Sequence record: OM249648.1
DNA from: Vibrio phage phiKT1024
Reading direction: 5' to 3' (one strand)
DNA length: 32,000 nt
Translations under genes and position numbers: made by a program
Notes under the pieces: model-generated
Told to the model about the DNA's origin: nothing
Databases searched by the model: none
Seen by the model: only the letters and a program-made list of their open reading frames with translations
Part shown: in pieces, positions 1-8,633 of the stretch
How positions within the stretch are numbered: the first letter of the stretch is position 1
Layout: each line of letters starts with the position of its first letter

Positions 1-288
1 AAGGATATCATTGATACTGGTGTGTACAAGCTTCGTGGTAAGAAACACGACTTTACAGAGTTCCTTACTGAGATTAAGAAAGCTTATCTTAAAGAGTTGC
101 TTCAATTAATCGAAACGAAGTATGGTTCTATCATCGATAAATGTGATTTTATCAGCTTATCTGGTGGTGGTTCTACGATCTTCAAACAAACCGACGATGG
201 TTTTATCAAGATTCCTAAGTCTCATCACGAATACTACAACAGCATCGGTTTTTGCTTATGGGGAGTGAATAAAATTCATTCGATGTAA
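1..288 (+). CDS. C-terminal part of an actin-like (ParM/StbA-like) protein, truncated by window edge
   Basis: Frame is open from base 1 (KDIIDTGVYKLRG...). It contains 'FISLSGGGSTIFK' and 'EYYNSIGFCLWG', resembling the C-terminal nucleotide-binding region of ParM/StbA actin-like proteins. Confidence 0.5.
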   Translation, partial: KDIIDTGVYKLRGKKHDFTEFLTEIKKAYLKELLQLIETKYGSIIDKCDFISLSGGGSTIFKQTDDGFIKIPKSHHEYYNSIGFCLWGVNKIHSM

Positions 289-291
289 TTC

Positions 292-1203
292 ATGAATAAA
301 TACGAAATTATAAATGAGTTTAAACAACTCAAAATCATCGATTCCTCTAAATTAGAGGAATATGTTGTTTTTTGTATTTCAATGTCCGTGGATGAACGGG
401 TGGTGGGTAAAACTGCTCACCACCATATCCTCCCAAAATCAAAAAATCTTCCTTTTACAAAATATCAGGATTTGAAGAAATTTCCGTGGAATGGTGTTTA
501 TCTTACTCATTCGGATCATTATCGAGCTCATTACCTTTTAACGTTGAGCATCGATAACTATTTTATCCAATATGCTTTTCAAGCAATGCATAACAAAAAC
601 ATAAATAGCGGAATAATAGAAGAATACGATATTATATCTGAAAACGAATACCAACAATCAATGGAAAAATTTAGTTTGATGATGTCCAATCGTCAGAATG
701 AGGTATTAGAGTGTGGTAAAACTAGGGCTCAATTAAATGCTCAAAAACAATGGGTTACCAAGAGAAAACGCGGAAATATAGGTGATGCATCACAAATGCA
801 TACTCAAGAATCTAGAACGAAAAGATACGAGACGATGAGTAAGGTAGAGGAAAATGGATTAACTCAACTTCAGAATGGTGCATTACACATGGTCGAAAAA
901 AGAGGAGATATAACCGGAGAAAATAATCCATTCTTTGGGAAAAAGCATACCGAGGAAACTCGACAGAGAATGCGAGACGCTAAGGAGGGATTTGTGCCTT
1001 GGAATAAAGGTAAAACGATGCCAGAACACACAAGAGAAAAACTTAGAAAACCAAAATCCGATGAAGCTAAGCAAAATATGAGAGCTGCGAAGCTAGGTAA
1101 GAAACAAAGGACGACCTCATGTGCCATTTGTGGGAGGGAAATAAGTGTTTCAAGTATAAAAAGGCACGAAACGGCGTGTAAGAAAAGCTTAACTAAAGCT
1201 TAA
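292..1203 (+). CDS. HNH-type homing endonuclease with NUMOD3 motifs and C-terminal zinc-finger-like segment
   Basis: 'AHHHILPKSKN...YLTHSDHYRAHYLL' is HNH-like. 'NPFFGKKHTEETRQRMRDAKEG' and 'KSDEAKQNMRAAKLGKK' are NUMOD3-like. 'CAICGREISVSSIKRHETAC' looks like a zinc finger. Confidence 0.85.
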   Translation: MNKYEIINEFKQLKIIDSSKLEEYVVFCISMSVDERVVGKTAHHHILPKSKNLPFTKYQDLKKFPWNGVYLTHSDHYRAHYLLTLSIDNYFIQYAFQAMHNKNINSGIIEEYDIISENEYQQSMEKFSLMMSNRQNEVLECGKTRAQLNAQKQWVTKRKRGNIGDASQMHTQESRTKRYETMSKVEENGLTQLQNGALHMVEKRGDITGENNPFFGKKHTEETRQRMRDAKEGFVPWNKGKTMPEHTREKLRKPKSDEAKQNMRAAKLGKKQRTTSCAICGREISVSSIKRHETACKKSLTKA

Positions 1204-1222
1204 TAGAAATAATAGTTGAATA

Positions 1223-1247
1223 GCCCCGCGGAAGGCGGGGCTTTTTT
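1223..1247 (+). terminator. Rho-independent terminator
   Basis: GCCCCGC-GGAAG-GCGGGGC followed by TTTTTT. Confidence 0.9.
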
Positions 1248-1270
1248 ATGATTATTGAATAATAAAAAGT

Positions 1271-1299
1271 GTTTACTTATATACTTCATATGCTATAAT
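1271..1299 (+). promoter_or_regulatory. T4-early-type sigma70 promoter
   Basis: GTTTAC, 17-bp spacer, TATAAT, preceded by an A-rich stretch and located just after a terminator. Confidence 0.8.
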
Positions 1300-1319
1300 T
1301 TAATCATAAGGAGAACAAT

Positions 1320-1547
1320 ATGTCAAATAAAGAAATGATTTGGATTCTGATAATCAGTTGTCTTTGTACAATGATGTACATATTTATTTTCGTTCCTAGC
1401 TCTCCTGGTTTAATGATGGTCCATTTTATCGGTGGGTTATTTATAGCATGTCCTGCATTAACAGCTTTCTATGTTTTGACAGTTTTTAACTATTATCATA
1501 TTAAACTGTATTATCAAGACAAGCGAAATGAAAACAAGGAGTCATGA
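1320..1547 (+). CDS. Small membrane protein, two predicted TM segments
   Basis: 75-aa ORF with good SD (aaggag). Hydrophobic segments 'MIWILIISCLCTMMYIFIFV' and 'FIGGLFIACPALTAFYVLTVF'. Confidence 0.7.
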   Translation: MSNKEMIWILIISCLCTMMYIFIFVPSSPGLMMVHFIGGLFIACPALTAFYVLTVFNYYHIKLYYQDKRNENKES

Positions 1548-1846
1548 TGAATGAAGAGTATCAAGAAATCGAGATGAACACCAAATACCTAGTTGAACCT
1601 AACGGTAACGTTCGACATGTTTTGGATCTTGGAATAAACGAAAAAGGCAAGAATGAATTTATCGAAGTTCGTGATATTTTCACACTGAAAAATTTTGAAC
1701 TTTTTGAAACCAAACGTGATGCTATGTACCACAAGTTAATTAAAGAATTAAAAAGTGGAAAACCTCTTTCAAATTTCAAAGGTTCAAAGTATTATAGTTA
1801 CTACCTTAAACGATTAAAGAAAGAGCATCCAGAATATGCCATATAA
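1544..1846 (+). CDS. PExxI-tail family protein
   Basis: ORF overlapping the preceding stop; ends ...LKKEHPEYAI*. Confidence 0.75.
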   Translation: MMNEEYQEIEMNTKYLVEPNGNVRHVLDLGINEKGKNEFIEVRDIFTLKNFELFETKRDAMYHKLIKELKSGKPLSNFKGSKYYSYYLKRLKKEHPEYAI

Positions 1847-1855
1847 GGATTTATT

Positions 1856-2197
1856 ATGCCAAAAGAAAAATATATGCGTTATATCGTCATAAACGGCAAG
1901 TCCTTGCATTTTAAGGCAATTGGTGACTCTAAATCACCACCCGAATATTATCATTGTGACGATCTTATTACTGGTGAACGTATATGCTTAAGAATTAACA
2001 AACAAACACAAATCTGGTCTTTTATCACAGAAGAAGTAGAAAATAAAGATGTAACTGTTATTCTAAAGTGCATCAAACATGGTTCTCGTTGGATTGGGTT
2101 TGATCAACCAAATGAACCGACATTCGGATATGTTGGTAAAGTATCCAAGAAAACCGAAAAATCCATTAAACTTGAACATCCAGAGATATTCATATGA
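1856..2197 (+). CDS. PExxI-tail family protein
   Basis: ORF ends ...KLEHPEIFI*; SD 'aagga' upstream. Confidence 0.75.
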   Translation: MPKEKYMRYIVINGKSLHFKAIGDSKSPPEYYHCDDLITGERICLRINKQTQIWSFITEEVENKDVTVILKCIKHGSRWIGFDQPNEPTFGYVGKVSKKTEKSIKLEHPEIFI

Positions 2198-2487
2198 GTT
2201 CGAAACGAGAAGAATTCAAACCGATTGAAGGTTTTGAAGATAAAGAAACATATATTGTTCTTGTAGATGGCGATATATTCTATGGTCGATATAGAATACA
2301 AACATACGAAACGGTTGATTTTATCTATAGTGATTTTGCCTTATTGAAAGGAATGGGATATTCTATTAATATGACAAGAACATTAATTTTTCGTCACCAA
2401 GATATAGTTAAATTAGATAAGATTTATATTCACAATCCTCAAGAACTAGATGATTGGGTTAGTAATCACCCGGAGTACATCATATGA
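2194..2487 (+). CDS. PExxI-tail family protein
   Basis: ATGA overlap with previous gene; ends ...VSNHPEYII*. Confidence 0.8.
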   Translation: MSSKREEFKPIEGFEDKETYIVLVDGDIFYGRYRIQTYETVDFIYSDFALLKGMGYSINMTRTLIFRHQDIVKLDKIYIHNPQELDDWVSNHPEYII

Positions 2488-2795
2488 TTATCACAAAAGA
2501 AGAATTTCTATCCAAACCCAAACAAGGTGATATTCTTGTTGTTATGGAAAAATGGCCCTATTCTGAAACTTCTCCTATGTCACTTGTTTATATGCATTGT
2601 CCATGTCGTTCTCCAGAAGATCGAGCACGACACAGATGGAAATGTCGAACATACCGACCAGTTAGACAAAAAGACTTTGTGAACTCTGGTTCTATTGCTG
2701 TTAAAGAACTCCACATTATTGAAGTTTATCGAAGCACCAAAATGCCAGATGCTATCGATGACTTTATCACTAAACACGCTGAACTATTTATTTAG
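2484..2795 (+). CDS. PExxI-tail family protein (variant tail HAELFI)
   Basis: ATGA overlap; ends ...ITKHAELFI*. Confidence 0.8.
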   Translation: MIITKEEFLSKPKQGDILVVMEKWPYSETSPMSLVYMHCPCRSPEDRARHRWKCRTYRPVRQKDFVNSGSIAVKELHIIEVYRSTKMPDAIDDFITKHAELFI

Positions 2796-2807
2796 AAGGA
2801 AAACATT

Positions 2808-3068
2808 ATGAAAAAATACCCACAAGAAAAATTTAACTCAGTGAATCAGTACATGAACGAACTGGAAGAAACGATTGAAATTCTAGAATTAGAGATTTCA
2901 CGTTTGAAGATTTGGAGAAATGAAAATTTTTTCCATAACGGAACTGCTATCGGCCACATGAACATGGAATACCGTACCCGTTTGAAGAAAGAAGTGGCTA
3001 GACTAAGAGAAGAATTAAAAGATCGTGATGAAACACGAAAATTATTCGATTCAACATACGAAAAATAA
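2808..3068 (+). CDS. Hypothetical coiled-coil-like small protein
   Basis: 86-aa ORF with SD 'gaagga'; heptad-like 'MNELEETIEILELEISRLKIWRNE'. Confidence 0.65.
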   Translation: MKKYPQEKFNSVNQYMNELEETIEILELEISRLKIWRNENFFHNGTAIGHMNMEYRTRLKKEVARLREELKDRDETRKLFDSTYEK

Positions 3069-3107
3069 TCATATTTCATATTCACAGTTAAATAAAATTT
3101 AAATAAA

Positions 3108-3129
3108 AGTCCACAATGTGGGCTTTTTT
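3108..3129 (+). terminator. Rho-independent terminator
   Basis: AGTCCAC-AAT-GTGGGCT followed by a T-run. Confidence 0.8.
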
Positions 3130-3194
3130 AAATGCTTGTTTCTTATAATACCAACATCAACTAAAACGATAATAAAAGAAGGAATAAATCATAT

Positions 3195-3899
3195 ATGTTT
3201 AATCAAGCTACTATTGACGTACTTACTCAAATCAACGGTATCACTAACTCAATTATCCTTAAATATCCACAAACTGTTGCAGTTTCAGAATCTCAAGATA
3301 TGATGATTCTGTTCGACATTTCTAATCTTGATCCTGATGAATTTCCAGAAATTGGTCTTAAAGACTCACTTGGTGAGATGCTAAGTCTATTGAAACTTTT
3401 CCCAGAAGATCGTGAAATTAATATTGATGGTCATACCATTAACGTTTCAAGTGATACATTAACATCATCTTTTATCACTGATAATCTTGCATTGATGGAT
3501 GCATATAATAAGGATGCTGTTCAATTTGAGCGTACTGAAGGTGTTCCATCTGTGTCAACTTTCGATCTCGATGAAGAAGATATTAAGAGCATTAAATCAG
3601 CGACTGGTGTATTTAAAGATCTAACCGAAGTTATTTTTAAATCACAAGATGATGACATGCTTATTTCATTGGGTGCAACTAATAAGTTCAACCAACGTTC
3701 AAATACATTTAGTGTGAAAAAACCATCGAGTGCAACTAAAGAGCTTGAAATTAAGATTCCAGTTGAAAACTTCAAAATGCTTCCAGTATCTAACTACACA
3801 TTTGATGTTAAATATAACTCAGCTCGTGACTCTTACCGTATTCTACTTAGCAACAAATCCCTTGAAGGCTTTAAAATTCTTATGACGGTGAAAGCGTAA
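3195..3899 (+). CDS. 45: Sliding clamp (DNA polymerase processivity factor), T4 gp45-like
   Basis: 234 aa. N-terminal 'ATIDVLTQINGITNSIILKYPQ' and C-terminal 'IPVENFKMLPVSNYTFDVKY' resemble T4 gp45 ('IINMANMKMQPGNYKLLLW'). Confidence 0.8.
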   Translation: MFNQATIDVLTQINGITNSIILKYPQTVAVSESQDMMILFDISNLDPDEFPEIGLKDSLGEMLSLLKLFPEDREINIDGHTINVSSDTLTSSFITDNLALMDAYNKDAVQFERTEGVPSVSTFDLDEEDIKSIKSATGVFKDLTEVIFKSQDDDMLISLGATNKFNQRSNTFSVKKPSSATKELEIKIPVENFKMLPVSNYTFDVKYNSARDSYRILLSNKSLEGFKILMTVKA

Positions 3900-3914
3900 A
3901 ATAAATTCAAGAAA

Positions 3915-3922
3915 TATAAATA
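3915..3922 (+). promoter_or_regulatory. T4-type late promoter TATAAATA
   Basis: Exact TATAAATA upstream of the gp32 gene. Confidence 0.65.
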
Positions 3923-4045
3923 AATTATATCCTTTTACGAAATTTTAAAACGTTTAAGGATATAATAATCGCTCAATCAAAGAATAAAGTCCGCAAAGAC
4001 TTAAAAATAGTAAACATAAATCGATAAAAATTAGGAGAAATATTT

Positions 4046-4975
4046 ATGACATTCGACGCAAACATGTTCAACTTCGACGCAATGAAAGAAGAAATCGGTG
4101 CAGACCCTTTTGCACAAGAAACTAACAAATACGGTAAAGATGAACGTTTCTACTCTTTAGCAAAAGATAAAGATGGTAACGGCGCAGCAATTATCCGCTT
4201 CCTACCAGATTCTGAAAAAGGAATGATTCAGAAGCTATTCACTATCAACACCACAATCGTTAAGAACGGCAAAAAGCGTTTTGTATCTGAGTTCTCACCA
4301 AGTTCAATCGGTGCACCATGTCCTTTCCAAGAGAAATGGCAATCACTTTGGAATGCTGGTCAGAAAGATGACGCTAAGATTTTCAGCCGTGGTACAACTT
4401 TTGTAACTAACATCAAAGTTCTTAAAGACCCAGCGAACCCAGAGAACGAAGGTAAGATTTTCTTGTACCGTATGTCTGGTAAGATGAAAGATAAGATCCA
4501 AATGGCTTTGAACCCATCTGAACAAGACCGTGCTTTAGGCGCTAGTCCAAAAGAAATGTTCAACCCAATTCGTGGTAACTCTTTCCGTCTTGTTGCTAAG
4601 AAAGGTGCAAACGGTCAAATCAACTACGATTCATCTGAAGTAGTAAGTGAAGTAACTTCTATTTACAACTCTGTGGAAGAAGCGTTGGATGACATCAAGA
4701 ATAATACTCACAAGTTGTCAGACCTACTTAAGCCAGAAGCTTTCATGAGCTATGAAGAGCTTGAGAAGAAACTAGCTTGGGTTCAGTTCGAAGAAGTTAC
4801 TAAACCAGCTCAGAGTGGTACACTCACAGCAGAAGTTGCTTCTGTTCAAGCTCCACAAACTGAAGTTCAAGATTACCAAGCACCAGCTGCACAAGCTTCT
4901 CAACCAGAACAAGAGAAACCAGCTCAAGAGTCTAAAGCAGACGATTTGGATTCACTCCTAGGTGGTCTACTATAA
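4046..4975 (+). CDS. 32: Single-stranded DNA-binding protein, T4 gp32-like
   Basis: 'MFNFDAMKEEIG', 'VLKDPANPENEGKIFLYRMSGKMKDKI', acidic C-terminal tail 'ADDLDSLLGGLL'. Start may be 4046 or the internal Met at MFNFD. Confidence 0.92.
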   Translation: MTFDANMFNFDAMKEEIGADPFAQETNKYGKDERFYSLAKDKDGNGAAIIRFLPDSEKGMIQKLFTINTTIVKNGKKRFVSEFSPSSIGAPCPFQEKWQSLWNAGQKDDAKIFSRGTTFVTNIKVLKDPANPENEGKIFLYRMSGKMKDKIQMALNPSEQDRALGASPKEMFNPIRGNSFRLVAKKGANGQINYDSSEVVSEVTSIYNSVEEALDDIKNNTHKLSDLLKPEAFMSYEELEKKLAWVQFEEVTKPAQSGTLTAEVASVQAPQTEVQDYQAPAAQASQPEQEKPAQESKADDLDSLLGGLL

Positions 4976-5002
4976 TCAAAAAAAATTAAATTAGATTATA
5001 TT

Positions 5003-5029
5003 AAAATGGGGATGTAAATCCCCATTTTT
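5003..5029 (+). terminator. Rho-independent terminator
   Basis: ATGGGGAT-GTAA-ATCCCCAT followed by a T-run. Confidence 0.85.
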
Positions 5030-5075
5030 ATTTGTACACCAAAGACGAATAAGAATAATAACTAGGAGGTGTCCA

Positions 5076-6179
5076 ATTATACTTACAGATTATTCCTCAA
5101 TTATACATCGGATGATAGCCGCATCAATTGCTAATACTAAGCCTAAAAAGATCGATGGAAAATATGTCACTTCGGAATTTATCAATTTCACTAAGTACCT
5201 AATTCTTCAAGAATTGTTTACGGTTCAACAACAATATAAGAACCAGTATGGTGATTTAGTAATATGTTTAGATAATTCACGAAATGGATATTGGCGTAAT
5301 GATTTCTATGTAGGATATAAAGAATCGAGAAAGAAAGCTCGTGAAGAATCAGAAGTGAATTTCAGAGAGGTATTTGCCGAACTCAATGTTTTTATGGATC
5401 AGATTAGAAATAATCTTCCTTGGAAAGTTATTGATGTTCCTAAAGCGGAAGCTGATGATATTATGCTTGTACTCGCTCGTGAATTTAATCCATTTGAACC
5501 AATACTTATTCATTCACCAGATAAGGATATGATTCAAGCTCAAAGGAATACTGTCAACGTTCAACAATATAGTTCCTTAACTAAGAAATGGATCGTTCCA
5601 GAAACCAAAGGTGAAACTATGGATGAATGGATTCGAGAACACGTTTGTTTAGGAGATGAATGTGATGGAGTTCCTAAAGTTGTCGATCATACTGAATTCA
5701 GTGATAACTTCTTGGCTTATTTGAAAGAAAATGGAGTGACTTTAGAAACCCCATATGAATTCAAGACGTCAAATCTTACCTTACAACAAAAACGTGATTT
5801 GCTTGATAATTATAAGATTTATAGAGTAAACAGAAAAGGTGAAGAACTTGACGAAAAAGATGTATATAAAAAGATTCGTTTCGGTCCAAGTACACTCAAG
5901 AAGCAAATTGAAAAATATGGTTCTATTGATGAATGGTTAGATTCACATCCTTTATATAGAGGACACTATGAACGAAACTTCACATTGGTAATGGAAGAAG
6001 GTATTCCTTCCGATATTTGGAATGAAATTATTATTGCATTTAAAGAAGCGAAAACTGATTATAATGATCAAGAATTCGAGCGTTATTTAAAAGAAAATAA
6101 TTTAGACTCGATATTAATGGAGTTACCTAATATTTTCAAAATAACAAGAGAATTAACTGCAGATGACTTTGGATGGTAG
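5076..6179 (+). CDS. rnh: RNase H / 5'-3' flap exonuclease, T4 Rnh-like, with likely non-canonical start
   Basis: 'VICLDNSRNGYWRNDFYVGYKESRKKAREES', 'KAEADDIMLVLAR' and 'HSPDKDMIQ' match T4 RNase H. Homology extends upstream of the first ATG (5112) as 'ILTDYSSIIHR'. SD AGGAGG lies at 5064-5069. Confidence 0.85.
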   Translation: MILTDYSSIIHRMIAASIANTKPKKIDGKYVTSEFINFTKYLILQELFTVQQQYKNQYGDLVICLDNSRNGYWRNDFYVGYKESRKKAREESEVNFREVFAELNVFMDQIRNNLPWKVIDVPKAEADDIMLVLAREFNPFEPILIHSPDKDMIQAQRNTVNVQQYSSLTKKWIVPETKGETMDEWIREHVCLGDECDGVPKVVDHTEFSDNFLAYLKENGVTLETPYEFKTSNLTLQQKRDLLDNYKIYRVNRKGEELDEKDVYKKIRFGPSTLKKQIEKYGSIDEWLDSHPLYRGHYERNFTLVMEEGIPSDIWNEIIIAFKEAKTDYNDQEFERYLKENNLDSILMELPNIFKITRELTADDFGW

Positions 6180-6192
6180 AAAAGGAGAAAAT

Positions 6193-6477
6193 ATGGCAAT
6201 GGTCCAAACCATTTTAATACAACTTATTATGTATGCGCTAAGTAAACCTTGGTTTCGTACATTTTTGATTAAACTTATTACCTCTTCAATTGAGAGCACA
6301 TTAGATAATCAAGATAGTACTCAACGAAAACAAACTGAGGTAGATCGTCAGATTGCCGAATTTGTTAAAGAACATCGACGTGCAATTATTACGATTATCA
6401 ATAAAGAAGTCGATAAAGATACCTCACCAGTTGATGAACGATTGCGTGAAGCTATCAAATCACTGAAAACTAAGTAA
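6193..6477 (+). CDS. Hypothetical protein
   Basis: ORF from the internal ATG at 6193 (MAMVQTILIQ...), SD 'aaaggaga'. Confidence 0.65.
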   Translation: MAMVQTILIQLIMYALSKPWFRTFLIKLITSSIESTLDNQDSTQRKQTEVDRQIAEFVKEHRRAIITIINKEVDKDTSPVDERLREAIKSLKTK

Positions 6478-6482
6478 TTCAA

Positions 6483-6505
6483 GGGGAACTATGTTCCCCA
6501 TTTTT
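6483..6505 (+). terminator. Rho-independent terminator
   Basis: GGGGAAC-TAT-GTTCCCC followed by ATTTTT. Confidence 0.85.
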
Positions 6506-6525
6506 GTATATCTGAAGGAAATAGA

Positions 6526-7524
6526 ATGTCACTATCAAGAATTGACGTAAAGTTTTTCAAAATGGCGGTTGGTACAAGTTACATTAAGCGAGAAACTGAT
6601 GTTGATATAGCTGCCAGATGCCCTGTATGCTCTTCTGACGAACGTTGGAAACACACTTCACGCTTACATATATACACCAAAAATAATATCACTAATGTCA
6701 ATTGTTTCTCCGGAGACTGTGCTATTAAGAATAAGACGGTGTATTCATTTCTTAAGGAATTCCATCCTAACTTACTAGGTCAATATAAACGAGAAAACTT
6801 CGGTAACACCATGGAGAAATTAGCTCGTGGTGAAAGTGATGTATTCTCGCAATTCAAGAAAGAGCATAAGGAAGATCAAACACAAATCGTGCACCATGAT
6901 TTGACTGGATTTTTTAAGGATATTTCTCAAGCACCCGAAGCTTTGCAATACCTAGATAATCGAGGTTGTTCATACGATGAGTCTAAATTTGGTAAATGGT
7001 ATTTCAGTGAACAAAACCTAAAAATTGGTGATAAGTTCTATGCAACATTCAACAGTATTGTCATTCCTCTATATCACAATAACACTATGTACGGGTTCTA
7101 TTCACGAAACATTTATACTAAAGACTTTGCAACCTATAACCCAGACCAGAATGTTGGTTTTAAGATTTGGAATTGGTTTAACGTAGATAAGAATAAACCC
7201 GTTTATATTTATGAGGGTATTTTCGATGCAATAGCAGGTGGTTTATCAAATTCAATAGCATTGATGGGAGCAAAGATCCCAGAAGATAGGTTGAAGGAAC
7301 TCAAGTATCCAGTATTTGTTTTGGATAACGATAAATCTGGTATAACTAACAGTATTGAGTACACCAAAAGAAATTGCCAGATTTATATTCAACCAGATTC
7401 TTATATAGAAAAAGATATGAACGAACTTAAATTAGGAAACCCAGATTTGAACCTTCCTGAGTTCATCAAATCAAACTTATATCAAGGTATTTCTGCGGAA
7501 GTACGTTTAAAGTGTAAACTTTAA
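6526..7524 (+). CDS. 61: DNA primase, T4 gp61-like
   Basis: Zinc-binding 'CPVCSSDERWKHTSRLHIYTKNNITNVNCFSGDC'. Toprim-like 'IYEGIFDAIAG' and 'PVFVLDNDKSG'. Confidence 0.88.
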   Translation: MSLSRIDVKFFKMAVGTSYIKRETDVDIAARCPVCSSDERWKHTSRLHIYTKNNITNVNCFSGDCAIKNKTVYSFLKEFHPNLLGQYKRENFGNTMEKLARGESDVFSQFKKEHKEDQTQIVHHDLTGFFKDISQAPEALQYLDNRGCSYDESKFGKWYFSEQNLKIGDKFYATFNSIVIPLYHNNTMYGFYSRNIYTKDFATYNPDQNVGFKIWNWFNVDKNKPVYIYEGIFDAIAGGLSNSIALMGAKIPEDRLKELKYPVFVLDNDKSGITNSIEYTKRNCQIYIQPDSYIEKDMNELKLGNPDLNLPEFIKSNLYQGISAEVRLKCKL

Positions 7525-7629
7525 TGATATTGTGGTGAGATTATGAGTTAATACATCAGAAGTTTAAATATGCAAGTCTTATAATGGAAACATCTTCAGA
7601 TAATAACAAACAGAAAGAAGGAGAAGATA

Positions 7630-8085
7630 TTGTTTATTTTAGCTAATGACGTCGTGGTGAACCTAGAAAACGTGAGCAACGTGAACCTAGTACCAAATAG
7701 GAATCGAATCGTTTTCAATATGAATTACAGTATTCAAATGAAAAACTATGGGCATAAATCACTGATTAGTGATTACGTTTATTGGGATGCTAAAGATTCT
7801 AATGAATACACAAGAAACCTCATCACATTAAAAGAAAATGAGCACTTCCAACGGGAGTTCTTTGCTAAGCCTAAAAATGATGGATTTATTAACGTGAATG
7901 AAATTAGTTCAATTAAGTTCTTAGATGATTCTCGACGAATAATTTTTAATCTTAGTCACCAAGTTACATTTCGTGATAAGTCAAAAAATGAAAGCTTAAC
8001 ATCCGAATTCGTATATGTGGATATTGGTTCGAAAGAATCATACGAAGATTACAAAGAACTTTTGTTGATAGAACTAGGACTATAA
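7630..8085 (+). CDS. Hypothetical protein with two internal repeats, apparent TTG start
   Basis: 151-aa ORF after SD 'gaaggaga'; halves align (see findings). Confidence 0.65.
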   Translation: MFILANDVVVNLENVSNVNLVPNRNRIVFNMNYSIQMKNYGHKSLISDYVYWDAKDSNEYTRNLITLKENEHFQREFFAKPKNDGFINVNEISSIKFLDDSRRIIFNLSHQVTFRDKSKNESLTSEFVYVDIGSKESYEDYKELLLIELGL

Positions 8086-8096
8086 GGAGATAACCA

Positions 8097-8228
8097 TGGA
8101 GATAAAAATTTCATATACAAACAAAAAACAACATCAAACTCGTGAATGGTCAGTACCTTTTCATAAATTAAATTCAAATTATGAAGCAGAAACCCCAAAA
8201 TCATTAGTAGAAAAACAAGTTTCTTAAC
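8097..8228 (+). CDS. Hypothetical 43-aa protein
   Basis: Strong SD AAGGAG 7-8 nt upstream; MEIKISYTNKKQHQTREWSVPFHKLNSNYEAETPKSLVEKQVS*. Not in the supplied ORF track. Confidence 0.5.
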
Positions 8229-8287
8229 AATATTCAAAGTAATATAATTAAAACAATAACTAAAACATCAAATAGAAGGAAAAAATA

Positions 8288-8578
8288 ATGGAAATTCGTT
8301 CAAGTGAAGAAGCTCGTGAAAGCATCGAAAATTTTACCAAGCGTTATGCAAATCTATTGAAAGATAAACGTCAAATCGATGCAGACATTAAAGCACTAAA
8401 AGAAGAATTCAAAGAAGATGGTGTACCAGTTGCTATTGTAACCAAAGTGTTCAATAAGATTAAAGCAGACAAGAAAAAGACTGATTCTCAGCGATTCGAA
8501 GAATCGAAGATTCAGGAATGGTTAGAGCAAAATGTCGAAATCGACGATGCAATTGGAGAATTGAATTCCCCACTTTAA
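8288..8578 (+). CDS. dsbA: Small dsDNA-binding protein, T4 DsbA-like / GapR (DUF2312)-like
   Basis: 'NLLKDKRQIDADIKALKEEFKEDGVPVAIVTKVFNKIKADKK' has the DsbA/GapR helical pattern ('LIKDIRIRAKDELGVDGKMFNRLLALYHKD'). Confidence 0.5.
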   Translation: MEIRSSEEARESIENFTKRYANLLKDKRQIDADIKALKEEFKEDGVPVAIVTKVFNKIKADKKKTDSQRFEESKIQEWLEQNVEIDDAIGELNSPL

Positions 8579-8594
8579 GTAATTATTACTTCAT

Positions 8595-8616
8595 AAGGGC
8601 CATTTGGCCCTTTTTT
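8595..8616 (+). terminator. Rho-independent terminator
   Basis: AAGGGCC-ATTT-GGCCCTT followed by a T-run. Confidence 0.9.
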
Positions 8617-8633
8617 ATTATTAAGAGGATTAT

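Noticed and set aside
870-1127. Minus-strand ORFs inside the homing endonuclease gene
   Set aside because: Shadow ORFs of a clear + strand coding region.
3118-3303. 61-aa ORF overlapping the sliding-clamp start
   Set aside because: Overlaps the terminator and the gp45-like gene in another frame; no SD; likely spurious.
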